Made by a program: the position numbers and the translations under genes. Of a stretch of 64,000 nt of DNA, positions 9,447-19,183 are shown piece after piece (within the stretch, counting starts at the first letter, position 1; each line of letters begins with the position of its first letter). The stretch is taken from contig CAXXUK010000001.1 in the NCBI GenBank assembly GCA_963665125.2, positions 1,120,001 to 1,184,000 on the forward strand. Direction: 5' to 3'. Below the pieces are notes generated by a model that saw nothing but the letters and a program-made list of their open reading frames with translations, was not told the origin of the DNA and ran no database searches. The DNA is from an uncultured Desulfarculus sp. Lineage in GTDB: Bacteria; Desulfobacterota; Desulfarculia; Desulfarculales; Desulfarculaceae.

Positions 9447-11243
9447 TTAGTTACCTCCCAGATCCAGGCCAACAGCTCCGATTGCCTGGTCATTGCGCAT
9501 TACCAGTAGGCGAACGTTATTCGTGCCGGGTTTGATCGCTTCTTGTACTTCTTTTGCAGACGGATCAACGCAACTTTCCTGCAGATCGATTTTTTGACCG
9601 CCGCATTCCAAAACAAGCCGCAGGTGGCCTGCTTGGTTTACGTTGGTCTTCACATCGATTATTTGCAGTCTTCCGCTTTTGTCCGCGGAGATTGTTTCGC
9701 CGTTAAAATACACCATCTTGGGCCCGTTGCCCTGGCTGACGACCAGGTAATCCATGGTGGCGGGAACGACCTCAACCTGGATTTCGCCAATTTTGCTGCC
9801 GTTTTTTTTGGCGATGACCTGATAGCATTCCATACCTTTGGGAGACGAAGATCCGCAACGGGAGAATCTTGGCAGCAGATCTTGCGATGTGTTGATCCTA
9901 TAACCCCGGTCCTCCCCGGTATTACTGCCTCCGGCCGGCACAAATCCCTTAAAGTTGACTTCAAGGCCGCGCTGGTCGTCAAGATTGCTGATCAGGTCCA
10001 CGATAATCAGTTCGTCGCCTTTGACCAGACGTACACGCTCTCCATCGGCCACCATTGTCCGCTGGCCCATGGCCTCCACGAGAAAGTAAAGGCGTTTTGC
10101 CTTGATGCCGGGGCTTTCACCGGCCAGCTGTTTGTCGGGCACAATGCTCACCTGGCCGATTTTCTGGTAGTCCTTGCGAATGACTATTTGGGTCGGCTTG
10201 TCTATGGTGAAGCAATGCCGCAAATCGCTGACAGAGCCCATGCCCACCACATCGCAGGAAAGTCCCCTTTCCCTGTTCGCCTCAATGTGCAAGACGCTGA
10301 TTTTGTCGCCGGGTGCGACATTTAATGTGGAATCCTTGGTGGCGACCACGGGCAAGGCGTCGTTAATGCTGATAACCAGATATTTGAACTGGGGCGTCTC
10401 AACATAAACGCCGGGGTGCATGACCTCAATGCCAAGTTCTTCCATGAACGCGTTGATTGCCAGGTTGTGATGGCGCACCTTCATGGCCACGTTGGGCAGT
10501 GATTTGCTGGTTTCGACCCCAAAGGCGGGAATGCCGCATTGGCTGAGGGCATAATAGGTTGCGCTACGCCTTTGCTCCTTATGCATGGAATCCACGTTTG
10601 CCGTGCGGTGGTTGTTGAACGACAGGTGGTAACGTTTGTCCTTGATCTGCGGGTTAACCTTGGCCAGGACGCGTTCGGCCATGGACTTCATGTTTATGGT
10701 ACTGCCGTCGGCCTTGGTGAAAACCGCGGTGTCGGCGATCAGGGATTGGCCGTAGCGCTTGGGGTTGGCCATGGGGCCTTCCCAGGTTGGGCGGTAAAAT
10801 CCGCTGCCGTCGTGAAGGTTGAGAAACAAGTCGCTTTCGGCTATCAACCCCTTGAGAACCTGGACGATTTTCTTGTGCCGTTTGGCGGTTACCGGATCGC
10901 CGAATTGCCGGTTCATATCGCCGTCCGGGCCACGGTGCTTCATTATTATTGAAAAGAAATTGGCCCTGGGCACCACAATCAAATTGCCTTTGGCCAGGGA
11001 TATGTCGGCATACAGGTCGGCGGACATAAAGCCGCCAGGTTCGTCTCCCTGAATGCCGCCGATTATCATCAGGGTGTTGCCGTCTTCGGCTCCGTAGACG
11101 CGGTAAACGTTGAGTTCATCCGGGGTATGGGCAAAATAGGTAATGTGCTGGCGGTGAGGCCGCTGGATGCCGCTGGCCAAAACAGGCAACGCCGAAAAGG
11201 CGGCAATGGCGAAAAACGCCAGTATGATCCTTAGGGCTTTCAC
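9447..11243 (-). CDS. M99/M14-type peptidoglycan carboxypeptidase (Csd4/Pgp1-like), secreted
   Basis: Signal peptide; GGIQGDEPGG (Gln-x-x-Glu metal ligands), DMNRQF, LNLHDGSGFY, GQS, GVETSK. Confidence 0.82.
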   Translation of the reverse strand: MKALRIILAFFAIAAFSALPVLASGIQRPHRQHITYFAHTPDELNVYRVYGAEDGNTLMIIGGIQGDEPGGFMSADLYADISLAKGNLIVVPRANFFSIIMKHRGPDGDMNRQFGDPVTAKRHKKIVQVLKGLIAESDLFLNLHDGSGFYRPTWEGPMANPKRYGQSLIADTAVFTKADGSTINMKSMAERVLAKVNPQIKDKRYHLSFNNHRTANVDSMHKEQRRSATYYALSQCGIPAFGVETSKSLPNVAMKVRHHNLAINAFMEELGIEVMHPGVYVETPQFKYLVISINDALPVVATKDSTLNVAPGDKISVLHIEANRERGLSCDVVGMGSVSDLRHCFTIDKPTQIVIRKDYQKIGQVSIVPDKQLAGESPGIKAKRLYFLVEAMGQRTMVADGERVRLVKGDELIIVDLISNLDDQRGLEVNFKGFVPAGGSNTGEDRGYRINTSQDLLPRFSRCGSSSPKGMECYQVIAKKNGSKIGEIQVEVVPATMDYLVVSQGNGPKMVYFNGETISADKSGRLQIIDVKTNVNQAGHLRLVLECGGQKIDLQESCVDPSAKEVQEAIKPGTNNVRLLVMRNDQAIGAVGLDLGGN

Positions 11244-12124
11244 TATTGGGTTCCCGTCGGTGTTGCAACCGATGTGGAAGGCGGAGATCCGACCGTCGCC
11301 TGAGGTTGGACATCCGTCGTGGCCGCTTCGGTCGGTTGCGGTTCGGGCGTTGTCTCCTCGGTTGGCGCGGCTGTCGGCAAGGGCTTTACTCGCACGGATT
11401 GATCGAAGACCAGGAGCACTTGTCCCCGCCGGGAATAAACCACGAACTCCAGCCTTTCGGGGGTCTTGCCTTCGACATTGAACCGCGCCGCGATGCGCCG
11501 GAAGCGATGAACGGCAAAGGGCATGCCCCGCCTGTAACCTACCGGCCTGCCCTGGGCGTTCAAACGCATGGGCGGGCTTGCCTCCAGCCGCGGCTTGCCG
11601 TCCTTGATGGAATGTAAAATAAGCGAAACATAGCCCTCGGCTCTATTGCCGTCGCCCATCTGATTGGTGACGTCATAATTGACCAGTAATTCGTTTCCTT
11701 CGTAGCTCTGGTCAATTCTGTCTATGCTTACTACTTCAGAAGTCCTGGGGCTTTCTTCCTGTTGAACAGCGGGGGTCGGTTCCGCCTGGGGCGGCTTTTC
11801 TCCGGTTTCCAGGGAGGCCACCACCGGCGTTTCCTCGCGTTGCGGGGTTGTTACGCTTGCCTTGGCCTGGGCCTCCTCTTGAGCGATGATTTCACGTGTC
11901 TCCTGTTCCTGGGCGAGGTACTCAAGACGCTCTACGCGCAGCATCAGAAGGTTTATGCCCTCGCCGAATTCGGCCAGCACCTTGCTTTGCTGTAAAAACA
12001 GGTAGCCTCCGCCGGCAAGCGCAAGCATCATGACCAACAGCAGCATGATGAACAGGCCGATAATCCAAGACCCAAGTCTGATGGGCTGGACCGGGCCGGA
12101 TTTGCGAACCATCAGTATTTCCAT
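11243..12124 (-). CDS. single-pass membrane protein with coiled coil and Pro/Thr-rich linkers
   Basis: One hydrophobic helix near N-terminus; stop overlaps the M99 peptidase start. Confidence 0.7.
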   Translation of the reverse strand: MEILMVRKSGPVQPIRLGSWIIGLFIMLLLVMMLALAGGGYLFLQQSKVLAEFGEGINLLMLRVERLEYLAQEQETREIIAQEEAQAKASVTTPQREETPVVASLETGEKPPQAEPTPAVQQEESPRTSEVVSIDRIDQSYEGNELLVNYDVTNQMGDGNRAEGYVSLILHSIKDGKPRLEASPPMRLNAQGRPVGYRRGMPFAVHRFRRIAARFNVEGKTPERLEFVVYSRRGQVLLVFDQSVRVKPLPTAAPTEETTPEPQPTEAATTDVQPQATVGSPPSTSVATPTGTQ

Positions 12125-12166
12125 TCTTTTTTATCCACCTCACCCATGCAGCGTCGGGAAGCAGTA

Positions 12167-13576
12167 TCAGGAGTTGGGGGGCGCGTTGCAGGCGGCTTCT
12201 TGGACAGGCTCCATTGCCGTCCATTCCTCGCCAAGAATTTGCCAACGGCCCTTTCTTTTTACTAGCGACATGGTCTTTTTGCCCACGTCAGTGTGCCAGT
12301 CGGATTTGTAGTATTGGGTGAATATGACGGTTGCCGAATCTCCATCTATCGAGATTTTGATATCTTTGGCATGTATTTTCAGGTTTTTATATACTTTGTT
12401 CAGATGAGCCTTTTTTTGTTGCCAAGCCCTTTTGTTCAAGCCGTCCGACTTGAAATCGCTGGCGTAAAACGACATGTAATACTTGAGTTTTTTGTTTTGC
12501 CAGGCAGCCAGCCAATCTTGAAGCATGCCTTTTATCTGGTCTTCGGGGCTTACCTCTACGGCCTGCGGCTTGGCTGTATCGGCGGCCGGGGGAGCCTTGA
12601 CAGGCGCCACGCTGGCCACGGTTGTGTGGGACGGCAGCCAACTGGCGAGCATTTTAGCGCTTTTTATGTCATCCAAAAGCCATTGGCTGCGCACAAGAGC
12701 CAGTGTTTGCGGCGAGTCGCCGGTGAAGTACATTCTCCGCAGGGCTCTGACGGACTGCCGTTTTGAGGCGCTGAGTTTGAGGTTTGTCAATACGACCCAT
12801 TGTTTGCCCGCCCGCCAGAGGGCGGTGCCGACGACTTCGGTCTTCACATCGGCAATATTGTTTTCATCAAAAGCCGCCAGTTTTTCCGCGAGGGTTTTCG
12901 CGCCTTTGTAAATGCCTTTGCCTTGCCGCAGTGCCAAGTCGTGCCCTGGCGATTCGCCGCCGGTGGCCATATTGTTTGAACGCAGTTCCTGCAGGAATTG
13001 ACAGGCGGATTCACGCTCCTTGTGAGTCGGGAGCTGGAAATGATTGAGGATCAGAACTGGGGTTGATTGGTCTCTGATGACCGGACCAATGCGGCCGAGA
13101 TCCCCGTTGGCAAGGGTGACGCAGCCGTTGCTGGAGCGTGGTTTGAGCTTTTTGTTGGTGCCGTGGATATAGATGCCGTCGCCCATGCGGCCCTGCAACC
13201 GGTCTATTGCGTTGGGATAATCAAGGTGCAGAGCCCTGTCACCGAAAATGGTCACCTTGTTGTCCAGGTAGCGGTGGGTAATGAAGTAGACTCCTTCCGG
13301 CGTCTTTTCATCTCCGGCAATGGTTTTGTTGCCTTGACGTTCACCCGTGCCGCATGGGTATTCATCCACCAAGACAAGATCACCGACATACATGAAAACC
13401 AGGGTCCTCTGCATTTGCTTGTCGACAATGACCAAACGGTGGTCTTCGATTTCACCCTGATAACAAAAAACGAACGAGCCTGTTTCTTCCTGGGCCCGAA
13501 CCAGGCCGACGCTCGTCGTCATGACAACGAACGCCATTATAAGGCTGGCGGCAAAATGAACCCATTTATTAGCCAT
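12167..13576 (-). CDS. YkuD-family L,D-transpeptidase/carboxypeptidase with C-terminal NTF2-like domain (Csd6/Pgp2-like)
   Basis: GDEKTPEGVY, LDYPN, GIYIHG...SSNGC; C-terminal WLAAWQNK..YMSFY..DF...FTQYYKSD..D.GKK...WQILGE; start uncertain (13576-13636). Confidence 0.85.
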   Translation of the reverse strand: MANKWVHFAASLIMAFVVMTTSVGLVRAQEETGSFVFCYQGEIEDHRLVIVDKQMQRTLVFMYVGDLVLVDEYPCGTGERQGNKTIAGDEKTPEGVYFITHRYLDNKVTIFGDRALHLDYPNAIDRLQGRMGDGIYIHGTNKKLKPRSSNGCVTLANGDLGRIGPVIRDQSTPVLILNHFQLPTHKERESACQFLQELRSNNMATGGESPGHDLALRQGKGIYKGAKTLAEKLAAFDENNIADVKTEVVGTALWRAGKQWVVLTNLKLSASKRQSVRALRRMYFTGDSPQTLALVRSQWLLDDIKSAKMLASWLPSHTTVASVAPVKAPPAADTAKPQAVEVSPEDQIKGMLQDWLAAWQNKKLKYYMSFYASDFKSDGLNKRAWQQKKAHLNKVYKNLKIHAKDIKISIDGDSATVIFTQYYKSDWHTDVGKKTMSLVKRKGRWQILGEEWTAMEPVQEAACNAPPNS

Positions 13577-13879
13577 GGTGCTTAATCTTGATGTGAGATT
13601 GTGTGATGATGAGTCCATATAAGTGTTCAATAGCATAAGGCGTCATCAAACAAAAGGTTCTTGGTCCTTTAACGGCATTTCCCTGTTGGATTGCACCCTG
13701 CTCTTGCCTAAAAGTATCACGGTGCGGCAAAACCGTTATACTCCGTTTCTTCCCTCGAAACTTGATACCACAAGATGATGGGTAGGGGCAATCAATAAAA
13801 CACAACTCCAAGGGAGGACCATGTTCGGCTCCGAGTTGCCGTTATGAGTATTTGTGGCCTATGTCGGCCCAAAAAACCG

Positions 13880-13909
13880 TTGACAGATCCGATTGTAGCG
13901 TGATAGTTT
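13880..13909 (+). promoter_or_regulatory. putative sigma70 promoter of fadN-fadA
   Basis: TTGACA at 13880-13885 followed by TGATAGTTT at 13901-13909. Confidence 0.55.
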
Positions 13910-13918
13910 TCGCAACCA

Positions 13919-13938
13919 CTGAATGACAATTCATTCAG
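13919..13938. promoter_or_regulatory. palindromic operator resembling the TetR-family FadR/YsiA box
   Basis: CTGAATGA-CAAT-TCATTCAG, perfect 8-bp arms just downstream of the promoter of beta-oxidation genes. Confidence 0.7.
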
Positions 13939-14044
13939 ATATCGTTAGCCGACCAGGGCCGACCCCAAAAAACTCTGGCCTCGGAGACGTGGGACGTCTT
14001 CGCGGCCCGATGATTTCTAGCTGCCCTTCAAGGAGGTTATTAAC

Positions 14045-16477
14045 ATGTCCCTCGAAATTAAAAAAGTGGGCGTCATTGGCGCCGGCGTCATGGGCGCCAC
14101 CATCGCCGCTCACATGGCCGGTGTGGGTATCCCCACAGTCCTGCTGGACATCGTCCCGCCCAAAATGCCTGACGATCTGGCCAAAAAAGGTGTAAAGGAG
14201 GACTCCAAGCAGTTCCGTAACCTCTTCGCGGCCAAGGGCCTCGAAGGCGTAAAAAAAAGCCGTCCTGCTTCCTTCTATACTCCCTCAGATGCCGAATTGA
14301 TCACCATCGGCAACCTGGAAGACGACTTTGATCAGTTGGCCGACTGCGACTGGATCGTTGAGGTTGTCGTCGAGCTTCTCAAGATCAAGCAGGACCTTCT
14401 GTCCCGCATCGAAAAGGTCGTCAAGCCCACGGCGATCGTAACCACCAACACCAGCGGCATCTCCGTTGGCGCCATGAGCGCTCATTGCAGCGAAGCTTTC
14501 CAGAAGCGCTTCTTCGGCACCCACTACTTCAACCCCCCCCGCTACATGAAGCTTTTCGAGCTTATCCCCGGGCCCAAGACCGACAAGGCCCTGTTGGATG
14601 ACATGGCGAAATTCGCCGAAGATAAGCTGGGCAAGGGCGTGGTCTGGGCCAAGGACACCCCCAACTTCATAGCCAACCGTATCGGCAGCTTTGCCGGCAA
14701 CTACATCAACCAGCTCATCGACGAGATGGACCTGAGCTTCGAGGAAGCCGACGCCCTGACCGGTCCGGTCATCGGCCACCCGAAGATGGCCACGTACAAG
14801 CTGGCTGACCTGGTGGGCCTCGACACCATGGCTCACGTTGCCGATAACGTCTACGATGGCGCTCCCGACGACGAGAAGCGCGACGTCTTTAAAGCCACTG
14901 AGTGGATTACGAAGATGGTCGAAAACAAGCTGCTTGGCATGAAGACCAAGGGCGGCTTCTACAAGAAAGACAAGGTGGGCGGCAAAAAGGTGAGCCTGGT
15001 GCTTGACCGCAAGACCATGGAATACCGCGAGCCCATCAAGCCCGAATTCGAAGGCCTGACCGCCGCCAAGGGCGCAAAGGGACTGGCCGAGAAGATGAAG
15101 ACCCTGTACTACGGCACCGACAAGGCCGCCGAGTTCAGCTTCAAATCTCAAAGCGAAATCCTGATCTACTCCGCCAATCGCGTTCCCGAGATCGCCGACG
15201 ACGTGGTCAACATCGACAACGCCATGAAGTGGGGCTTCAACTGGCAGACCGGCCCGTTCGAGACCTGGGACGCCCTTGGTGTTGAAGAATCCGTGGCCAA
15301 GATGAAGGCCGCCGGCATGACCGTTCCCGCCTGGGTCGAGGAAATGCTGGCCGCCGGTTGCAAGACCTTCTATAAGAAGGAAACCGGCAAGCTGATGTAC
15401 TACGATGTGGCCAGCAAGTCCTACAAGGACGTGCCCGTAAGCCCCAACCTGATTCTGCTGCCCTCCCTGAAGGAACAGAACAAGGTCGTTGCCAGCAACA
15501 GCGAAGCCTCGGTCATCGACATGGGCGACGGCGTTGCCTGCCTCGAGTTCCATAGCAAGATGAACGCCTTGGGCGACGACATGGTCTCGATGATCAGCCA
15601 GGCCTGTGACATTGTCATGGAAAAATTCGACGGCATGGTCATCGCCAACAACGGCACGGCCTTCTGCGCCGGCGCCAACATCTTCTTCGTCCTGGCCGGG
15701 GCCATGGAAGGCAAGTTCGATCTGATCGAACAAGGCGTCAAGACCCTGCAGGACGCCATGATGAAGATGAAGTACCTGCCCAAGCCGGTGGTTGCCGCTC
15801 CGCACGCCATGGCTCTTGGCGGTGGCTGCGAAGTCTGCCTGCACTCCGACAAGATCGTGGGCGCGGCCGAGACCTACGCCGGTTTGGTAGAAGTCGGCGT
15901 CGGCCTGATCCCCGCCGGCGGCGGCACCAAGGAACTGCTGATCCGCAACTCCCACGAAAGAGTGTTCCCGGTTGCCAAGGGCGGCCTGGTTTCCAAGCAA
16001 ATTTGGCTGCTGCCCTTCATCGCCCGGGCCTTCCAGAACATCGCCACCGCGCAGGTCGGCACCAGCTTCCGTGAAGCCCAGGCCATGGGTACTTTCCGGT
16101 CCACCGACGTGATGGTTCCCAACGCCGACTTCCGGTTCAAAAAGGCCAAGGACATGGTTCTGGCCATGAACATGGTCGGTTACGAGCCGCCCAAGCCCGT
16201 CAACAATATCCGGGTGATGGGCCGCGACACCCTGGCGGTGTTCAAATACGCGCTGTACAACATGAACAAGGCCGGCTACGCCAGCGACTACGACGTGGTC
16301 GTGGGCACCGAAGTCGCCCGCATCCTGACCGGCGGCGATGTGTTGGCCGACACCTTCGTGACCGAGCAGCACCTGCTGGATCTGGAACGCGAGTCGTTCG
16401 TCCGCCTGTGCGGCAACAAGCAGACCCAGGATCGTATGGAGCACATGCTCAAAACCGGTAAGCCGCTACGCAACTAG
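14045..16477 (+). CDS. fadN: 3-hydroxyacyl-CoA dehydrogenase/enoyl-CoA hydratase fusion (FadN type)
   Basis: VIGAGVMG, TNTSG, GTHYFNPPRYMKL, KDTPNFIANRIG, FCAGAN, ALGGGCE, GLVEVGVGLIPAGGG, terminal GKPLRN. Confidence 0.93.
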   Translation: MSLEIKKVGVIGAGVMGATIAAHMAGVGIPTVLLDIVPPKMPDDLAKKGVKEDSKQFRNLFAAKGLEGVKKSRPASFYTPSDAELITIGNLEDDFDQLADCDWIVEVVVELLKIKQDLLSRIEKVVKPTAIVTTNTSGISVGAMSAHCSEAFQKRFFGTHYFNPPRYMKLFELIPGPKTDKALLDDMAKFAEDKLGKGVVWAKDTPNFIANRIGSFAGNYINQLIDEMDLSFEEADALTGPVIGHPKMATYKLADLVGLDTMAHVADNVYDGAPDDEKRDVFKATEWITKMVENKLLGMKTKGGFYKKDKVGGKKVSLVLDRKTMEYREPIKPEFEGLTAAKGAKGLAEKMKTLYYGTDKAAEFSFKSQSEILIYSANRVPEIADDVVNIDNAMKWGFNWQTGPFETWDALGVEESVAKMKAAGMTVPAWVEEMLAAGCKTFYKKETGKLMYYDVASKSYKDVPVSPNLILLPSLKEQNKVVASNSEASVIDMGDGVACLEFHSKMNALGDDMVSMISQACDIVMEKFDGMVIANNGTAFCAGANIFFVLAGAMEGKFDLIEQGVKTLQDAMMKMKYLPKPVVAAPHAMALGGGCEVCLHSDKIVGAAETYAGLVEVGVGLIPAGGGTKELLIRNSHERVFPVAKGGLVSKQIWLLPFIARAFQNIATAQVGTSFREAQAMGTFRSTDVMVPNADFRFKKAKDMVLAMNMVGYEPPKPVNNIRVMGRDTLAVFKYALYNMNKAGYASDYDVVVGTEVARILTGGDVLADTFVTEQHLLDLERESFVRLCGNKQTQDRMEHMLKTGKPLRN

Positions 16478-16497
16478 GTCTTTTTGGTGAAAAAAGG

Positions 16498-16563
16498 ACA
16501 GGAGAAGGGATCTCAAGCTGATTCTCCAATGCGGGCACCGATACGGTTAACCCCTTCTCCTGT
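16498..16563 (+). other. intercistronic stem-loop between fadN and fadA
   Basis: ACAGGAGAAGGG (16498-16509) is the reverse complement of CCCTTCTCCTGT (16552-16563). Confidence 0.6.
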
Positions 16564-16603
16564 TCAATATATATTACCTGGAAGGTAATTTAGGAGGATT
16601 CCA

Positions 16604-17794
16604 ATGAAAGAAGCCGTGATCGTCGCGGCCTGCAGGACCGCCGTCGGGCGCGCCCCCAGGGGCACCCTGCGCCTTACCAGGCCCGAATACTTGGGTACCG
16701 AGGTGGTCAAGGAAGTCATCAAACGGACCCCCGGTCTGGATCCCATCGATATCGATGACGTGGTGATGGGCTGCTCCTTCCCCGAAGCCGAGCAGGGCAT
16801 GAACATGGCCCGCGTTCTGATCCAGAAGGCCGGTCTGCCGGATGACATCTCCGGTATCACCATCAACCGTTTCTGCTCTTCCGGTCTCAACGCCATCTCC
16901 ATGGCCGCCGAGCGCATCATGGTCGGCGCCGCCGACTGCCTGATCGCCGGTGGTGTGGAGTCCATGAGCATCGTGCCCATGGGCGGCAACATCATGTCCG
17001 TCGAGCCCGATATCGCCTCCAGCCGCCCCTGGGACCTGGAAGGCATGGGCTTCACCGCTGAAAACGTCGCCAAGGACTTCGGCATCTCCCGTGAGGATCA
17101 GGACGCCTTCGCCGTCCAGTCCAACGCACGCGCCATCGCCGCCATCAAGGCCGGTAAGTTCAAGGACGAGATCCTGCCGGTCATGGCCGTCAAACAGCGC
17201 CAAAAGGCCGACGGCTCTTACGAGATCTATGAAGAGGTTTTCGACACGGACGAATGCCCCCGCGGCGGAACCGTCGAAGGCCTGGCCAAACTGCGCCCCG
17301 CCTTCATGATGGGCGGCTGCGTTACCGCGGGCAACTCCAGCCAGACCAGTGACGGCGCCGCAGCCGTTATGCTGATGTCCAAGGAAAAGGCCAAGGAAAT
17401 GGGCCTGAAGCCTCTAGCCACCTACCGCGGCTTCGCCGTGGGCGGCGTCCCGGGCAAGTACATGGGCATCGGCCCGGTGAAGGCCATCCCCAAGGTCATG
17501 AAGCAACTGGGCATGACCCTGGACCAGATGGATCTCATCGAGCTCAACGAGGCCTTCGCTTCCCAGGCCCTCTATTGCATGCGCGAGCTGGATCTGTTGG
17601 GCCGTCAGGACGTGATTAACGTCAACGGCGGCGCCATCGCCCTGGGCCACCCCCTGGGCTGCACCGGCGCCAAGCTGACCACCCAGCTGGTTTACGAGAT
17701 GTCCCGTCGCGACAACTGCCGCTTCGGCCTGGTCTCCATGTGCATCGGCTTGGGCATGGGCGCTGCCGGCGTCTTCGAGAAAGAAGACTACTAG
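16604..17794 (+). CDS. fadA: acetyl-CoA C-acyltransferase (3-ketoacyl-CoA thiolase)
   Basis: [28 protein letters not shown]. Confidence 0.95.
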   Translation: MKEAVIVAACRTAVGRAPRGTLRLTRPEYLGTEVVKEVIKRTPGLDPIDIDDVVMGCSFPEAEQGMNMARVLIQKAGLPDDISGITINRFCSSGLNAISMAAERIMVGAADCLIAGGVESMSIVPMGGNIMSVEPDIASSRPWDLEGMGFTAENVAKDFGISREDQDAFAVQSNARAIAAIKAGKFKDEILPVMAVKQRQKADGSYEIYEEVFDTDECPRGGTVEGLAKLRPAFMMGGCVTAGNSSQTSDGAAAVMLMSKEKAKEMGLKPLATYRGFAVGGVPGKYMGIGPVKAIPKVMKQLGMTLDQMDLIELNEAFASQALYCMRELDLLGRQDVINVNGGAIALGHPLGCTGAKLTTQLVYEMSRRDNCRFGLVSMCIGLGMGAAGVFEKEDY

Positions 17795-17905
17795 CCAAAA
17801 CGCCACCGGGTTTAGGGAGGGTCCTTGAGGCCCTCCCCGCCCGGACCAATACATGGGCGGAAGCGGTTTTCACCGCCCGCCCATCTTTATTTAGGGGGCC
17901 ACGAC

Positions 17906-18643
17906 ATGAGTGTCATAGAAAAACTACGCGAAAAGCTTGGCGATGCCGTTTCAAACCGGGACATCCTCCACCAAAGGGTGGATGTAACTCTAACCCCCCT
18001 GACCACTGAACAGGCCATCGGTACACCCGAGCGCCAGGACTTTCCGATTCAAAAAGGCAAGGAAAAGGTCATCGAAGCCCGGTTCAATGGTTTTGCCGGT
18101 CAGGCCTTCAGCGACGAACTGGTGCCTCATAGCTGTACGGTGGCCCAGTTGCTGGAAATGGATTTGTCGTCAAAGGCCAATCAGGCAGCTTTCACAGCCG
18201 CCGCGAACGCCGTTACCCGCAGTTTGGCGTTATGCGACGGTACGGTCCATTGCCGGGACAAGGAACCCAAGATGTGTGCCGAACGCCTGCCTGAGTTTGT
18301 AAAACAAAATTATCCCCATGCAAAAGCCATTGCTCTGGTCGGTTTGCAGCCGGCAATGGCCCAGTCCCTATCCGATGCGGGATACGAGTTGACGATTTTC
18401 GACCGGGACCCGGACAACATAGGAAAAGAGAAGTTCGGCGCCACAATATTGGATGGTGCTGAAGAAGCTAAATACCTGCCATCCTTTGATCTTATTTTGG
18501 CCACCGGTTCCACGCTGGCCAATGGTAGTATAGACCAGGTCCTCCATGATGCGGGCGATGTGGAAATCATGTTTTTCGGAATAACCATAGCCGGAGCTGC
18601 CGCCCTTCTCGGCATGAAACGGTATTGTCCCTTTGGGTCGTAA
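17906..18643 (+). CDS. DUF364-type Rossmann-like domain protein
   Basis: DFPIQKGKEKVIEA, TVHCRD, LATGSTLANGS, FGITIAGAA. Confidence 0.65.
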   Translation: MSVIEKLREKLGDAVSNRDILHQRVDVTLTPLTTEQAIGTPERQDFPIQKGKEKVIEARFNGFAGQAFSDELVPHSCTVAQLLEMDLSSKANQAAFTAAANAVTRSLALCDGTVHCRDKEPKMCAERLPEFVKQNYPHAKAIALVGLQPAMAQSLSDAGYELTIFDRDPDNIGKEKFGATILDGAEEAKYLPSFDLILATGSTLANGSIDQVLHDAGDVEIMFFGITIAGAAALLGMKRYCPFGS

Positions 18644-18669
18644 AAAAATAAAAAAAACGAAAAAATAAT

Positions 18670-18697
18670 TAAAGTTTAAGGAAACAACAGCCGATAA
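18670..18697 (+). promoter_or_regulatory. sigma28 (FliA/SigD)-type promoter
   Basis: TAAAGTTT-N12-GCCGATAA upstream of ORF 18753 and the flagellar gene. Confidence 0.7.
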
Positions 18698-18752
18698 GCG
18701 GTATAGGAGAAGTAAAACAACGAGCCTGCCCAAAACAAATATAGGCTTTTAA

Positions 18753-19094
18753 GTGATTGAATTTAATTCAAATATAAGGCTGATCGATTTTGCAGCCGGC
18801 AAGCGTGGCACTCAGAAGACCGAAAAGCGCCAAGAGCCGGAAATTTCGCCTACAGCGGACGCAACCAGCGTAACAAACACTGATTGCACCCTCTGTGACC
18901 GGGTCGTCTTGCAGTTCCCCAAGGGCCGCGGCATTGATTACACCGGAGAAGTGCCTACCCGCGAAGAGGCGAATTACGCCCTTGAAAGCCTTGTCAGAGA
19001 TCTTACAGGCTCCCGCCAGGATTTGGGTCAGGTCCACGAATTCGCCGATAGGCGCCGCGTGATGGCCCTGCTCTCGCCCCTTGTGGAGGATTAA
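18753..19094 (+). CDS. small hypothetical protein, probably flagellar regulon
   Basis: 113-aa ORF behind sigma28-like promoter; C-terminus QVHEFADRRRVMALL. Confidence 0.6.
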   Translation: MIEFNSNIRLIDFAAGKRGTQKTEKRQEPEISPTADATSVTNTDCTLCDRVVLQFPKGRGIDYTGEVPTREEANYALESLVRDLTGSRQDLGQVHEFADRRRVMALLSPLVED

Positions 19095-19183
19095 AATCCT
19101 TTTCAGGTAAGTTCACCTTATGCCCGCGCGTCATCCATGGTATAAAATGAGTAAGGATCTTACCCCAACCGGGTTTTATAGCC

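Noticed and set aside
14285..16444. 719-aa antisense ORF (and similar long antisense ORFs over rnfB, rnfC/D and apbE)
   Set aside because: Shadow frames of strongly codon-biased GC-rich genes; no recognisable motifs
18640..18750. AT-rich stretch as an island boundary or repeat array
   Set aside because: Short, no periodic repeat or mobility gene; explained as promoter/UP element
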